Below, in pieces: positions 26,377 to 38,052 of a stretch of DNA of 64,000 bases. Below the pieces are notes generated by a model that ran no database searches, was not told the origin of the DNA, and saw nothing but the letters and a program-made list of their open reading frames with translations. The stretch comes from Octopus sinensis (lineage: Eukaryota). Numbering within the stretch: position 1 is the stretch's first letter; each line of letters opens with the position of its first letter. The stretch lies in NCBI RefSeq assembly GCF_006345805.1, contig NC_042999.1:372001-436000 (forward strand), given 5' to 3'. The position numbers and the translations under genes are program-made.

Positions 26377-26802
26377 ATATATTTTTAAATGTCTTCTTTT
26401 GAAAAATTGCATTCGGGGGGATTAGTAATATTTTTGGTAGAAAGATGATTGTCCCTCTTAGCGTATGCGTGTATGTAGAATGCCTCCTGGCATGTATGTA
26501 TAATGCCCTCTATATAAAATTAATATGTTCAATAAGAAATAATTATTTTCGAAATTTTTTCTCGTATGAGGTTTTTACGCTATCTACCTGACAATTTCTT
26601 GTTGTAAGTTTTCCTTATTAAGTAGTGTGTCCTTATTGCTAAATTTTTATTCCGAAAAAACTTTTCCTCTCCCGAAATGCAATTCGTAAAAGTTTGCCAT
26701 TCATCCGGATATAGTATATAAACCACCATGTGCTTCGTTGATGTTGATCAGTTAGCTGATCGGCTTAAGCGAGGCAGGGGTCGGTTTATTTATAGTATAT
26801 TC

Positions 26803-26850
26803 AGGCCTGCTGATGATTACGTAAGTATGAAATCACTGTGATACAGGTCT
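26803..26850 (+). ncRNA. Type I hammerhead ribozyme
   Basis: Identical 48-nt motif. Confidence 0.8.
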
Positions 26851-27275
26851 ATATTTTTAAATTCTTTCTTTGAAAAATTGCATTCGGTGGGATTAGTAAT
26901 ATTTTTGGTAGAAATGACTGATTGTCCCTCTTAGCGTATGGCGTGTATGTAGAATGCCTCCTGGCATGTATGTATAATGCCCTCTATATATAAATTAATA
27001 TGTTCAATAAGAAATAATTATTTTCGAAATTTTTTCTCGTATGAGGTTTTTACGCTATCTACCTGACAATTTCTTGTTAAGTTTTCCTTATTAAGTAGTT
27101 GTCCTTAATTGCTAAATTTTTATTCCGAAAAAACTTTTCCTCTCCCGAAATGCAATCGTAAAAGTTGCCATTCATCCGGATATATAGTATATATAAACCA
27201 CCCATGTGCTTCGTTGATGTTGATCAGTTAGCTGATCGGCTTAAGCGAGGCAGGGTCGTTGTTTATTTATAGTTC

Positions 27276-27323
27276 AGGCCTGCTGATGATTACGTAAGTA
27301 TGAAATCACTGTGATACAGGTCT
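27276..27323 (+). ncRNA. Type I hammerhead ribozyme
   Basis: Identical 48-nt motif. Confidence 0.8.
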
Positions 27324-27488
27324 ATATATTTTTAAATGTCTTTCTTGAAAAATTGCATTCGGTGGGATTAGTAATATTTTTGGTGGTAGAAATGACTGAT
27401 TGTCCCTCTTAGCGTATGGCGTGTATGTAGAATGCCTCCTGGCATGTGTATGTATAATGCCCTCTTATATAAAATATATTATATATAT

Positions 27489-27531
<43 letters not shown>

Positions 27532-27857
27532 ATATATGTAGGTGTGGTTTACTTATTCCCAGAATTTCAACCTTAGTGTGGTGTGTGTGTGTATAGTAGA
27601 GAGAATTATTGCTACAACAAACTGACAGAAATGTTACGTGATGGATTAAATGTTTAGCAGTATTTATTTCCACTTTTTTCTATCAGAGTTCAAATTCCGC
27701 TGATATCAACTATGATTATCAATCTCTCATGGCGGATAAATTAAAGCCTCAGTTAAATACTGTGGTCGATGTAATCAGCTTCTCCCATTCCTAGCGTTGT
27801 GCTAACATTTAAAACAATAATTATCATTGATATTTCATTATCAAAGCTAGCAAGAAT

Positions 27858-28635
27858 GCGGCGATCTGGCAGAAACGTTAGCAAGCCGGGCGAAATGCTT
27901 AGCGGTATTTCGTCTGCCTTTACGTTCTGAGGTCAAATTCCGCCGAGGTCGACTTTGCCTTTCATCCTTTCGGGGTCGATAAATTAAGTACCAGTTACGT
28001 ACTGGGGTCGATGTAATCGACTTAATACCTATGTCTGTCCTTGTTTGTCCCCTCTGTGTTTAGCCCTTGTGGGTAATAAAGAAATAGGTATTTCGTCTGT
28101 CTTTATGTTCTGAGATCAAATTCCGCCGAGGTCGACTTTGCCTTTCATCATTTTCGGGGTCGACAAATTAAGTATTAGTGACGCACTTGGGTCGATGTAA
28201 TCGACTTAATCCCTGTCTCTCCCCTCTATGTTTAGCCCTTGTGGGCAATAAAGAAATAAGAAACGTTAGCACGCTGGGCGAAATGCTTAGCAGTATTTCG
28301 TCTGTCTTTACATTCTGAGATCAAATTCCGCCGAGGTCGACTTTGCCTTTCATCCTTTGGGAGTCGATAAATTAAGTACCAGTTGCATTTTGAGGTTGAA
28401 TTAATCGACAAGCCGCCTCCATAAATATTTCGGCCCTTGAGCCTAGAGTAGAAAATAATTGTTAGCACTCCGGTGAAATACTTAGCAACATTTCTTCCTT
28501 CTTTACGTTCTGAGTTCAAATTCCACTCATGTCCACTATACCTTTTATCCTTCTGCAGTCAATAATATAATTAGCAGCTGAGACCTAGGGTCGATTACAC
28601 TCGAAATTGCTGGCCTTGTATCAAAATTTGAAATC
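27858..28635 (+). mobile_element. SINE family B multimer cluster
   Basis: Head at ~27858 followed by 3-4 body units; an older degenerate copy lies at ~27620-27810. Confidence 0.85.
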
Positions 28636-29284
28636 AAAATTTCATTATCGGATTGTATTTGTGTATGTTTGTATGTTTTACGAATGTGTGTGTAGTCTAT
28701 ATGTATATATACGTGCCTATACCAATATCATTTGCAATGTCGTCGTAAATATATCGAACATAAGTCGCCTGTCTGTGTTTTGTAAGTCAGTTTATTCTTC
28801 ATAACATTTTCTTTATTCTTTTGATAACAAAGATTTCAAAACCATTCATTATATAGATTTCTTGAACAAATATATTAATTTCAATATGAATTAATCAGCT
28901 GAAAAATATTTATCCTGAAATTTGCTTCTTTACATCCCATGAGCTTAACTGTCACGAGTCAATAATCGTCAAGATATCAAAATATGTATATATTTGTTTG
29001 TCTTAGAAAATTTGAAATATTTATGGTTAGAGTTGAAGGTAGAATAAATTTTCAGTTTGTATGTATTGGTATATACTTCTGTGGTCATTCTTACATCTAC
29101 ATAAGATGTGCAATAAATACAGTAGTCGTTTTAAGCCGATAAGTATGTTATCTTCATTTTATAATTAATTGAATTATTCTTGTATAGAAGAAGCTACTTT
29201 CTAACTCTGAAGCAAAGCTCTATTGTTAGAGCTTAGTTAACAAGAATGATGAAGAGTTTTTGAATTAAAGTAAATTAAAAGAAA

Positions 29285-29539
29285 AAATAAATGCGCCCTT
29301 TTAAAGCCTAGCCAGGCTCACGGGCCCGGTTTCCCGGTTTCAATGGCGTATGTGTTCCCCAGCTGGACGGGACGCCAGTCCATCACAGCGTTACTCATTT
29401 TTGCCAGCTGAGTGGACCGGAGCAACGTGAAATGAAGTATTTTGCTCAAGAACACAACGCGTCGCCCGGTCCAGGAATGGAAACCGTAATCTTACGATCA
29501 TGATCATGACACCCTAACCACTAAGCCAACGCGCTTCTA
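29285..29539 (-). mobile_element. tRNA-derived SINE family D with a V-domain-like segment
   Basis: Minus strand GGCTTAGTGGTTAGGGTGTC...GCTGTGATGGACTGGCGTCCCGTCCAGCTGGG; near-identical to 39962-40219. Confidence 0.8.
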
Positions 29540-29810
29540 CAAAGAAAACTTTACGTTACTTTTATTGTTCAGCGTACTGATTCTAATTAAGAAGACCGGG
29601 GTAGTTGTTCTCTTCTTTTGCCTTTAAACACCGGCTTAGAGCGAATATACTTAGAGATTTACTAATATAAACTAGAGCGCCAATAACTGTAGATTTCACG
29701 TTATAATCCAGGCAGAAGATTTATATGTTCTGAAATTATGACCAAAAATCTTCTCATATTCAGTCATTATATTTAAAACAATGTTTAAATCTGAAGCCAA
29801 GACCCAAGTA

Positions 29811-30095
29811 GTTCTATATTTAAGAGATGATGAATTATTCACATAATTTACATTTGACGGATATTTGTCCTCATCTTGTTTTATGTTAACATATTTCGGC
29901 TGATATACCCTCCAGCCTTCATCATGTATCCTGGGGAAATTTCGAACCTGAGTTCTCATTCCTAAATTATTTTCGTTGTTGTTGTTGTTGTTGTTGTTAT
30001 CATCATCATCATTATTCAGGTCACTGCTTGGAAACGAACACGGAATCTTGGGGTAGTAGCCCGCGCTCTTAACCACTACGCTATATGCTCACGAG
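29811..30095 (-). mobile_element. tRNA-headed SINE carrying a hammerhead motif (family H3)
   Basis: Minus strand: A box TAGCGTAGTGG (30073-30083), B-box-like GTTCGTTTCC (30030-30039), (AAT/AAC)n linker, then ATGATGA-A-GGCTG..CAGCC-GAAA (~29889-29928). Confidence 0.7.
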
Positions 30096-30096
30096 C

Positions 30097-30280
30097 ATAA
30101 TAATAATAATAATAATATAATAATAACAACCACAACAACATCGAAAAATACCTTAGGAATGAGAACCCAGGTTCGAAATTTCTCCAAGACACCTGGTGAA
30201 GGCTGGAGGGTATATCAATCGAAACGTTGTGTTAACAACAAACAAGACGAAGACAAATATCCGTCAAATCTCAATAATAA
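30097..30280 (+). mobile_element. Headless inverted copy of H3 with hammerhead motif at 30189-30232
   Basis: ACAC-CTGGTGA-A-GGCTG GAGGGTATAT CAATC-GAAA-CG-TT-GTGT. Confidence 0.7.
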
Positions 30281-30602
30281 AATTATTGTAAATAAGACCC
30301 CAGTACGTACACTTAATTTTTCTATCCTAAATCAAACAACATTATCAGACATGACTGCTTCGATTTGGAAAGGATATTGATGCGAAAGCACGCTTTATAT
30401 TTATCTCTGCGCATTCTTTACTGTAGAAGCATTACGTATTGTTTTGGTACCAACATTTTGAGTTCATTCTTATTTTATCCTCGCCCTTATTTTAATCCAG
30501 TGAATGTTGGTGTACTGTTGTTTCTCTCCTTTCTTTTGTCGCACGTGCACACCACTTCTATAATCTGTATAAAAATCGGATTTTTGGGGTACTTGGCTAA
30601 AG

Positions 30603-30633
<31 letters not shown>

Positions 30634-30805
30634 TGTATGTATGTATGTATGCATGCATGTGCGTATGTATGTATGGATGGATGGATGGATGTATTATGTC
30701 CGTTTTTATGTATGAATTTATATATATCCATCCATGCATCTATACATACATACATGTGTATATACTTACATAGGTATAAATGCATGCGTATATACACATA
30801 CACAT

Positions 30806-30846
<41 letters not shown>

Positions 30847-31218
30847 CATACGTATATACGTATATATATATGCATATATAGAAGTATATATATATATATA
30901 ATATATATACATACATACATAGGAGTATATATATATATATATATATATATAAATCTATGAAGGTCCTATAATCCTTTAATACTATAATCCTAGGATTTGT
31001 ACCATTGAAAAGTAAATATATTAGTTTAGTATTGATATATACAGGTATTTAAAAATTACTGAAATTAATCTAATTTAATTGTAATTGAACTAATTGGACA
31101 TGGAAACGGCTGTAGAACTGGCATTTCATTATATGGATTTGAATATCCTTAAATAATCTGATGTCTGCATGTCAATTTCTCCATTTCCTTTTTTTTTCGC
31201 ATTCATATATATATATAT

Positions 31219-31405
31219 GCTCTTTTAATCTTTTACTTGTTTCAGTCATGTGACACTGGACATGATGGAGCACCGCCTTTAGTCGAGCAAATCGACCCCA
31301 GAACTTATTATTTGTAAGCCTAGTACTTATTCTGGCGGTCTTTTGGCGAACCGCTAAGTTACGGGGACGTAAACACAATATTTGGTTGACAAACACAGAC
31401 ATGCA

Positions 31406-31488
<83 letters not shown>

Positions 31489-31653
31489 AATACGACAGGC
31501 TTCTTTCAGTTTCCGTCTACCAAATCCACTCACAAGGTTCTGGTCGGTTCGAAGCTATAGTAGAAGACACTTGCGCAAGGTACCATGCAGTGGGACTGAA
31601 ACCGGAACCATGTTGTTGGTAAGCAAGATACTTACCACACAACCACTCCTCCA

Positions 31654-31656
<3 letters not shown>
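31219..31656 (-). mobile_element. SINE family A
   Basis: Family A consensus with an expanded (CA)n middle. Confidence 0.85.
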
Positions 31657-31726
<70 letters not shown>

Positions 31727-32034
31727 CACATACATTCATACTCACATCAAGTTCACTGTAATCGTTTTTATTCGTTTTAATACAAACACACGGGCACACA
31801 CACATACATAAAAGAGAATGTCCTCGATACTGCGTAGAAACGAACATTTACCTCTACCACATTAAGATCAATACTCGACTTAGTGCAAGTGAATACATTT
31901 TCTGTTTGAGTTATAAAACGACGTATCACATGATTCGTAATTAGGTGAAGCCATTATTCTTATTGAATATTTTCATAAATTTTACTTTAGAGGAATATCA
32001 TATATCATTTCTACGATTGCTACTCCCATCAGAG

Positions 32035-32084
<50 letters not shown>

Positions 32085-33051
32085 TATATATATATATATG
32101 TATATGTATATATATAGCACAACGGTTTTAGCTGACAATTTATAAGTAATAACTTTTGCTACAGCACAAATAAATAAATACAAAAATACATCATGAAGGG
32201 AAAATAAAACGTAAAGAATCTAAAAGGTTAGTTTTTGCCGAAAAAGTAAATTCGCAGCGTGAATTTGCCGATATAAATTAAGCTATTATCAGCAGAAGTT
32301 GTCAAATGGTTCGAACATAAATTTATAATCCAATAATAGATGATAATATGTAATTCTAATGTTGTCCTTTTCTCTAATAGGAATATATTTATGAATTTTA
32401 CTGGATGCTAAACTTTCCAGAAATCTCTACGGGGAGGCTAAATTTACAAAACCGTTAATGCAATTCTGTTATCTGTACAGTTGGCTTATATATGCATATG
32501 AAGGTTTAGCTATATACAATATGTATACACGTGCATATGTCTACAGCCTACTCAATCATGCACAAGTATATGTACATATGTACATGTGAGTCTCCATATA
32601 TATATATATATATTATATATATATACATACTATATATGTAAGCACAAGCGTATATATATATGCTTGTGCTTACATTTATAGTATGTAGATATATACATAT
32701 ATATGCTTACTTGTGTGTATAAAGTACGTGTGATTTCTAGAATCGTTAAAGCATAGGAGAATATAATTCGGCCCAATTCACTCTGAGTTCAAGTTCTACC
32801 GACATATAATTTGTTTAGTAATTTGGGAATTGAGAAAGGTATAAGAATGTTCCAAATTTGGGCAGCGACATCACAAAATTGTTTCAATGTTATAGCATTT
32901 CCAGCTCTGAAAGTAACGTCATCGAAGATACTGATGCTAAAGTATATCCACATCACCCTTCTTTTTTCCGGACGAATGAAAATTGTGCTGAAGCTTTCTG
33001 GATGTTCATCTGCGGACAAACTAATGAAGACAAAGCAAGGCGTTATATATA

Positions 33052-33449
33052 TGGCTGTGTGGTATGTAGCTTGCTAACCAACCACATGGTTCCGGGTTCA
33101 GTCCCACTGCGTGGCATCTTGGGCAAGTGTCTTCTGCTATAGCCCCGGGCCGACCAATGCCTTGTGAGTGGATTTGGTAGACGGAAACTGAAAGAAGCCT
33201 GTCGTATGTATGTATATATATATATGAGTATGTGTATGTGTTTGTGTGTCTGTGTTTGTCCCCCTAGCATTGCTTGACAACTGATGCTGGTGTGTTTACG
33301 TCCCCGTTACTTAGCGGTTCAGCAAAAGAGACCGATAGAATAAGTACTGGGCTTACAAAGAATAAGTACCGGGGTCGATTTGCTCGACTAAAGGCGGTGC
33401 TCCAGCATGGCTGCAGTCAAATGACTGAAACAAGTAAAAGAGTAAAAGA

Positions 33450-33450
<1 letters not shown>
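33052..33450 (+). mobile_element. SINE family A, young copy
   Basis: Close to consensus; near-identical to 41585-41986. Confidence 0.9.
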
Positions 33451-33484
<34 letters not shown>

Positions 33485-33486
<2 letters not shown>

Positions 33487-33670
33487 GTTGAAATTTATAG
33501 AAAAACAAAAGATGGGACAGGTATATGAAGGTCTATTAGTTTGACTCTCGGGAAAATGAAAAATTCTTTTACGTTTCGAGCGGACGCTCTTCAACAGAAA
33601 GAAATAAAAGAAAATAAGTACAAAGAGAATAAAAACAAACTTATAGGGGTAGCGGTCAAGCATGACGAAT
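33485..33670 (-). mobile_element. Short element H1 with hammerhead-like motif at 33565-33602
   Basis: Minus strand TCTTT-CTGTTGA-A-GAGC GTCC GCTC-GAAA-CG-TA-AAAGA. Confidence 0.65.
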
Positions 33671-34369
33671 GATTGTGTGTATGTGAGAGTGGTGTGGTGT
33701 GTTAATGTGTGTGTGTGTGAATACGGGCTAGTGATTCTGACTTGTGTGAGTGTGTGCGTGTGCGCGTAAGTGTGTGCGTACGTAACCTGTGACACTATTG
33801 AAGATTGTGTGTGGGTGTGTGTATGATGGTTTGTGGTGTGGGTGATGAGAAGTGGTCAGTGCTAGTGTGTCTGGAGTGAGTGTGGATGTGGGGTGTAGTG
33901 TAGTGGTGTGGGGTGTGGAGTGTGGTATTGGTGTATGGGAGCGTGTGAAGGAGGTGGTGGTGGCGGTATCAGTGAAGAGAGGTGGTAAGTGTCAGATGAA
34001 GAGAGGAGGGGAATTGAGTCTAATACAATTGGGTGTCTATATTAAGTTTTACAAAGAATATATTGAGTGTCATTTCAAAGGTTTTCCATGTAAAAATAAT
34101 ATAAAATCTACCCCAAAGTACTGAGTAGTCCTTACCTTTACTGTTAAATTACTTTCAAATTTATCATGACATACAAAAAACAAGCATAGACATACATGCA
34201 TACATACACACACATATGAATTAAATTCTGTATTCATTGAACAAGTTCATACTACCGGCCATAAACTATTTATACATTGCGCTTTGCGTCTGTCTTTAAT
34301 TTCTCTGTCCTAGCATCGTATTTAACCTCTAAGCAGAAACGCTCTGCTCATGTTTACAGACCAAGTTAT

Positions 34370-34695
34370 GTGAAGGTGTGTGGCCATGTGGTCAGGGCAT
34401 TCGGCTCACGAGCGTTAGGTCGTGGTTTCGATGCCCGGTGGTGCGTGGTGTCACTGAGCAAGACACTTTATTTCACGTTCGTCCAGTCAACTCAGCTTGC
34501 AAAAAAATGAGTCGTATCTTTAATTCAAAGAAGCCTTTCCATGTTCGATGTGTCACGCTGAATCTCCCTGAGAACTATGTTAAGCATATGTGTATCTGTG
34601 GAATGCCCAGGCACTTGCACGTTAATTTCACGAGCAAACTGTTTCGTCAATCGGATCAACTGGAACACTCGTCGTCGTAATCGACGGAGTGCCAG
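34370..34695 (+). mobile_element. SINE with a family D-type head and the tail shared with 46150-46312
   Basis: TGAGCAAGACACTTTATTTCACGTT...CACTTGCACGTTAATTTCACGAGCA...CGTCGTAATCGACGGAGTGCC. Confidence 0.7.
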
Positions 34696-35117
34696 TAATA
34701 TCTTCATCATGATTTCAAATGCCATATTTGGCGCCATATAAATCGCACTTTTATTTCCATAAAATTTCACAAAAAAACTAACCCGTGTCCTATATAATAC
34801 TGGGTGAAGAAAATTGATAGCAGCCAATTACCAAATTGGATAGAATATTGTGATCTTCGTGATGATTATGATATCGACATTCTTCAGAAGAATGAAGATT
34901 AACTGTGTTTTAAAGTCGTACTAACAGATTAAATGAAGTCGCTCGGTGGTGGAGCAGAATGGCTTCATTTCATTTTTCATTTTTATCCATTATTTTATTC
35001 ATCCCTTACATTCGTGTTTTTCCCCCACCTTGCATTGTCCCCTCTATGTTGACCCCATGTGGGTAATAAAGAATTTTTGCACTTACGGATTACATACTGA
35101 AAAGAAAAGGAATTGTT

Positions 35118-35891
35118 GGACTTCTATCTATACACAGCCATTATGGATTAATTCAAAATATTTTACGATGGATTTATATTATTTTTTCAAAAAACTTTTA
35201 GCTCAAGTTTATACCAATACACATCTATACTAATAACTTTTGAAAGAACACCTTTATCATGCATTTTTAAATACCATCTCTCTCATTCGATTGACTACAC
35301 GGAAATTCATCCTTTTCTCTGACGATTGGATGTATTACCTAATAATATCTATCAATTTTGGATTTCATTTCGAAAGGTAATAGTTTCATGAAACCGTTTT
35401 AAATAATCATACTTTATATATTTATCTATTAATACAATATTATTTATATTACAGACGTATATCATCTGTGATTTTTTTGATGTAATTTTTCCTGCTTCGA
35501 CTTCCTAATGTATTATCGCTCTAACTGAATCTATAAATACCATTAAGGTTTTAGACATTTCTCCTATCAAGAGCACTTATCTGAAATCCAGCACACTTTA
35601 TTGTCATTGAATATATTTGATTATATATACGAGTATATACACACGCATATGTATGTGTGTGTGAAACTGTATAATATATGTATATATACTGTTATCTCTG
35701 GGGTGAGTCATTCTCTTTTAGTGTGTTATAATTTAATTCACTCTCCATAAAGTTTCCAATCATTTACTTACCGGTGAGTGTTTTAAATTATAAAGCACGA
35801 AAAGAGAATGACTCTTCACAGACACAACATAATATGCTTCAACACACGAAGTCACGTAAAGAATCTTACAAACCAAATCCCAAAAACAAAA

Positions 35892-35942
<51 letters not shown>

Positions 35943-36195
35943 TGTATATACATATATAGATAGAAACATACATATATATATATATATTCAAAATGTGACC
36001 TCGTGTGTACCATTGGCGATTTTTTTCCTCCGTCCTCCCTTCTTTGGACCTTTCCTTCTCCTATGTTTCCGACAAAGAGCTCCGTTCGAAACGTTAAACC
36101 CTCCTTCTTTCTTTCCTTCCTGAGCGTCCAATAATACTAATTTGTTCCACGTCCTCGCGTTGTTGTGTTTTCTCTTTGTGTTTTCATGTTTGGTT

Positions 36196-36282
<87 letters not shown>

Positions 36283-37097
36283 GTTAAACCAAACATATAT
36301 ATATATATATATATATATATTTCGTTTTGGGATTTGGTTTGTAAGATTCTTTATGTGACTTCGTGTGTTGAAGCATATTATGTTGTGTCTGGGGAGAGTC
36401 ATTCTCTTTTCGTGCCTTATAAATTAAAACACACACCGGTAAGTAAATGATTGGAAACTTTATGGAGAGTGTATTAAATTATAACACACTAAAAGAGAAT
36501 GACTCACCCCAGAGGTAACAGTATATATATACATATATTATACAGTTTCACACAAACACATACATATGCGTGTGTATATACTCGTATATATAATCAAATA
36601 TATTCAATGACAATAAAGTGTGCTGGATTTCAGATAAGTGCTCTTGATAGGAGAAATGTCTAAAACCTTAATGGTATTTATAGATTCAGTTAGAGCGATA
36701 ATATATTAGGAAGTCAAAGCAGGAAAAATTACATCAAAAAATCACAGATGATATACGCCTGTAATATAAATAATATTGTATTAATAGATAAATATATAAA
36801 GTATGATTATTTAAAACGGTTTCATGAAACTATTACCTTTCGAAATGAAATCCAAAATTGATAGATATTATTAGGTGATACATCCAATCATCAGAGAAAA
36901 GGATGAATTTCCGTGCAGTCAATCGAATGGAAGAGATGGTATTTAAAAATGAATGATAAAGGTGTTGTTTCAAAAGTTATTAGTATGGATGTGTATTGGT
37001 ATAAACTTGAGCTAAAAGCTATTTGAAAAAATAATATAAATCCATCGTAAAATATTTTGAAGTAATCCATAATGGCTGTGTGTGTTTAGAAGTTCCC
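35118..37097. repeat. Long inverted duplication, arms ~35118-35890 and ~36321-37097
   Basis: Arms are colinear reverse complements with scattered substitutions; ~430-bp spacer. Confidence 0.9.
35990..36200 (+). mobile_element. Short element H2 with a degenerate hammerhead-like motif at 36065-36099
   Basis: GTTT-CCGACAA-A-GAGC TCC GTTC-GAAA-CG-TT-AAAC; tail homologous to 10512-10615. Confidence 0.55.
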
Positions 37098-37111
37098 TAT
37101 ATATATATATA

Positions 37112-37330
37112 TAACGGGAAGCTTTATGAAAATAAACAAAAGACGAAGGCAGGTGGAATACAAACAAACAATTGTATTAGTATGGCGCTCAGGAATATAA
37201 ATAAAACAAGTCTTTTACGTTTCGAGCCTACGCTCTTCAACAGAAAGATACACAGAAAAGAAACACAGAAAGAAACAAGGAGAGAAAAAAAATGCGTGCA
37301 GAGGCTAGCGAATCGAGATGGCGATCTGAT
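37112..37330 (-). mobile_element. Short element H1 with hammerhead-like motif at 37211-37248
   Basis: Minus strand TCTTT-CTGTTGA-A-GAGC GTAG GCTC-GAAA-CG-TA-AAAGA. Confidence 0.65.
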
Positions 37331-37829
37331 TTCGGCCAGAAGTCAAAGGTCAAACGGGAGACGCAAGAGCGAAATTAGGGGAGATAACAGGGTTAAATGA
37401 CCTCGCCCCAAAACTGATGCTGATTACCCTGCCACAGAATCACTATTGATTGTGAATGTTGTCATGCGTGAGGAGTTATTGTAGCTGACTGCTACACACA
37501 TAATTAGAAGTATTTCTCTGCTTAGGTATTTCTTTAAAGCTCAATAAACACTAAGGTGTCAGTTCTTATATTACGTTTTAATACTGATAAAGTACTGTCT
37601 TTACAAGACAAATGATATTCCCTCTTCTCAAGTAAGGTTTTCTTTCACAAAACATCGTTTCGCCAATGCCATTTTTAGTTGCACCCCACCCACACGCTAT
37701 CTCCCACGGTTATTATTGGCTCTTAAATGACTATGTGTGTTAATGGGCAGAGAGCCCGAAAAGGAAATCACTTTGTCGTTTGTATGAATTTATATATATA
37801 TGTCTGTGTATGTGTGCTTGTGCGTGCAT

Positions 37830-38052
37830 GCATGTGTGTCTGTCAGTTTTCGTCCTCCCCACCACTTGACAACTGGTGTTGGTGTGCTTATGATCCAGTA
37901 ACTTAACAGTTCGTCAAAAGAGAACGATAGAATAATCACTAGGTTTAGAAAAGACGAGTTCAGGGCTCGATTTGTTCGACTAAAATATTTCAAGGCGGTG
38001 CCCCATCATAGCCACCGTCTAATGACTGAAATCAGTAAAAAATAAGTAAAAA
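37830..38052 (+). mobile_element. SINE family A, 3' half, diverged
   Basis: ACTTGACAACTGGTGTTGGTGTG...AAGGCGGTGCCCCATCATAGCC. Confidence 0.7.

Larger units (their letters stand above)
25973..27470 (+). repeat. Inverted continuation of the 478-bp array (~3.1 copies), ending in (TA)n
   Basis: Reverse complement of the unit; hammerheads at 26329-26376, 26803-26850 and 27276-27323. Confidence 0.95.

Noticed and set aside
20851-27470. CRISPR-like array or rDNA/5S tandem repeat
   Set aside because: Units are identical throughout with no unique spacers, there are no rRNA or 5S motifs, and the context is eukaryotic.
32789-33040. Region open in several frames with faint hAT dimerisation-like text
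   Set aside because: Similarity too weak to call.
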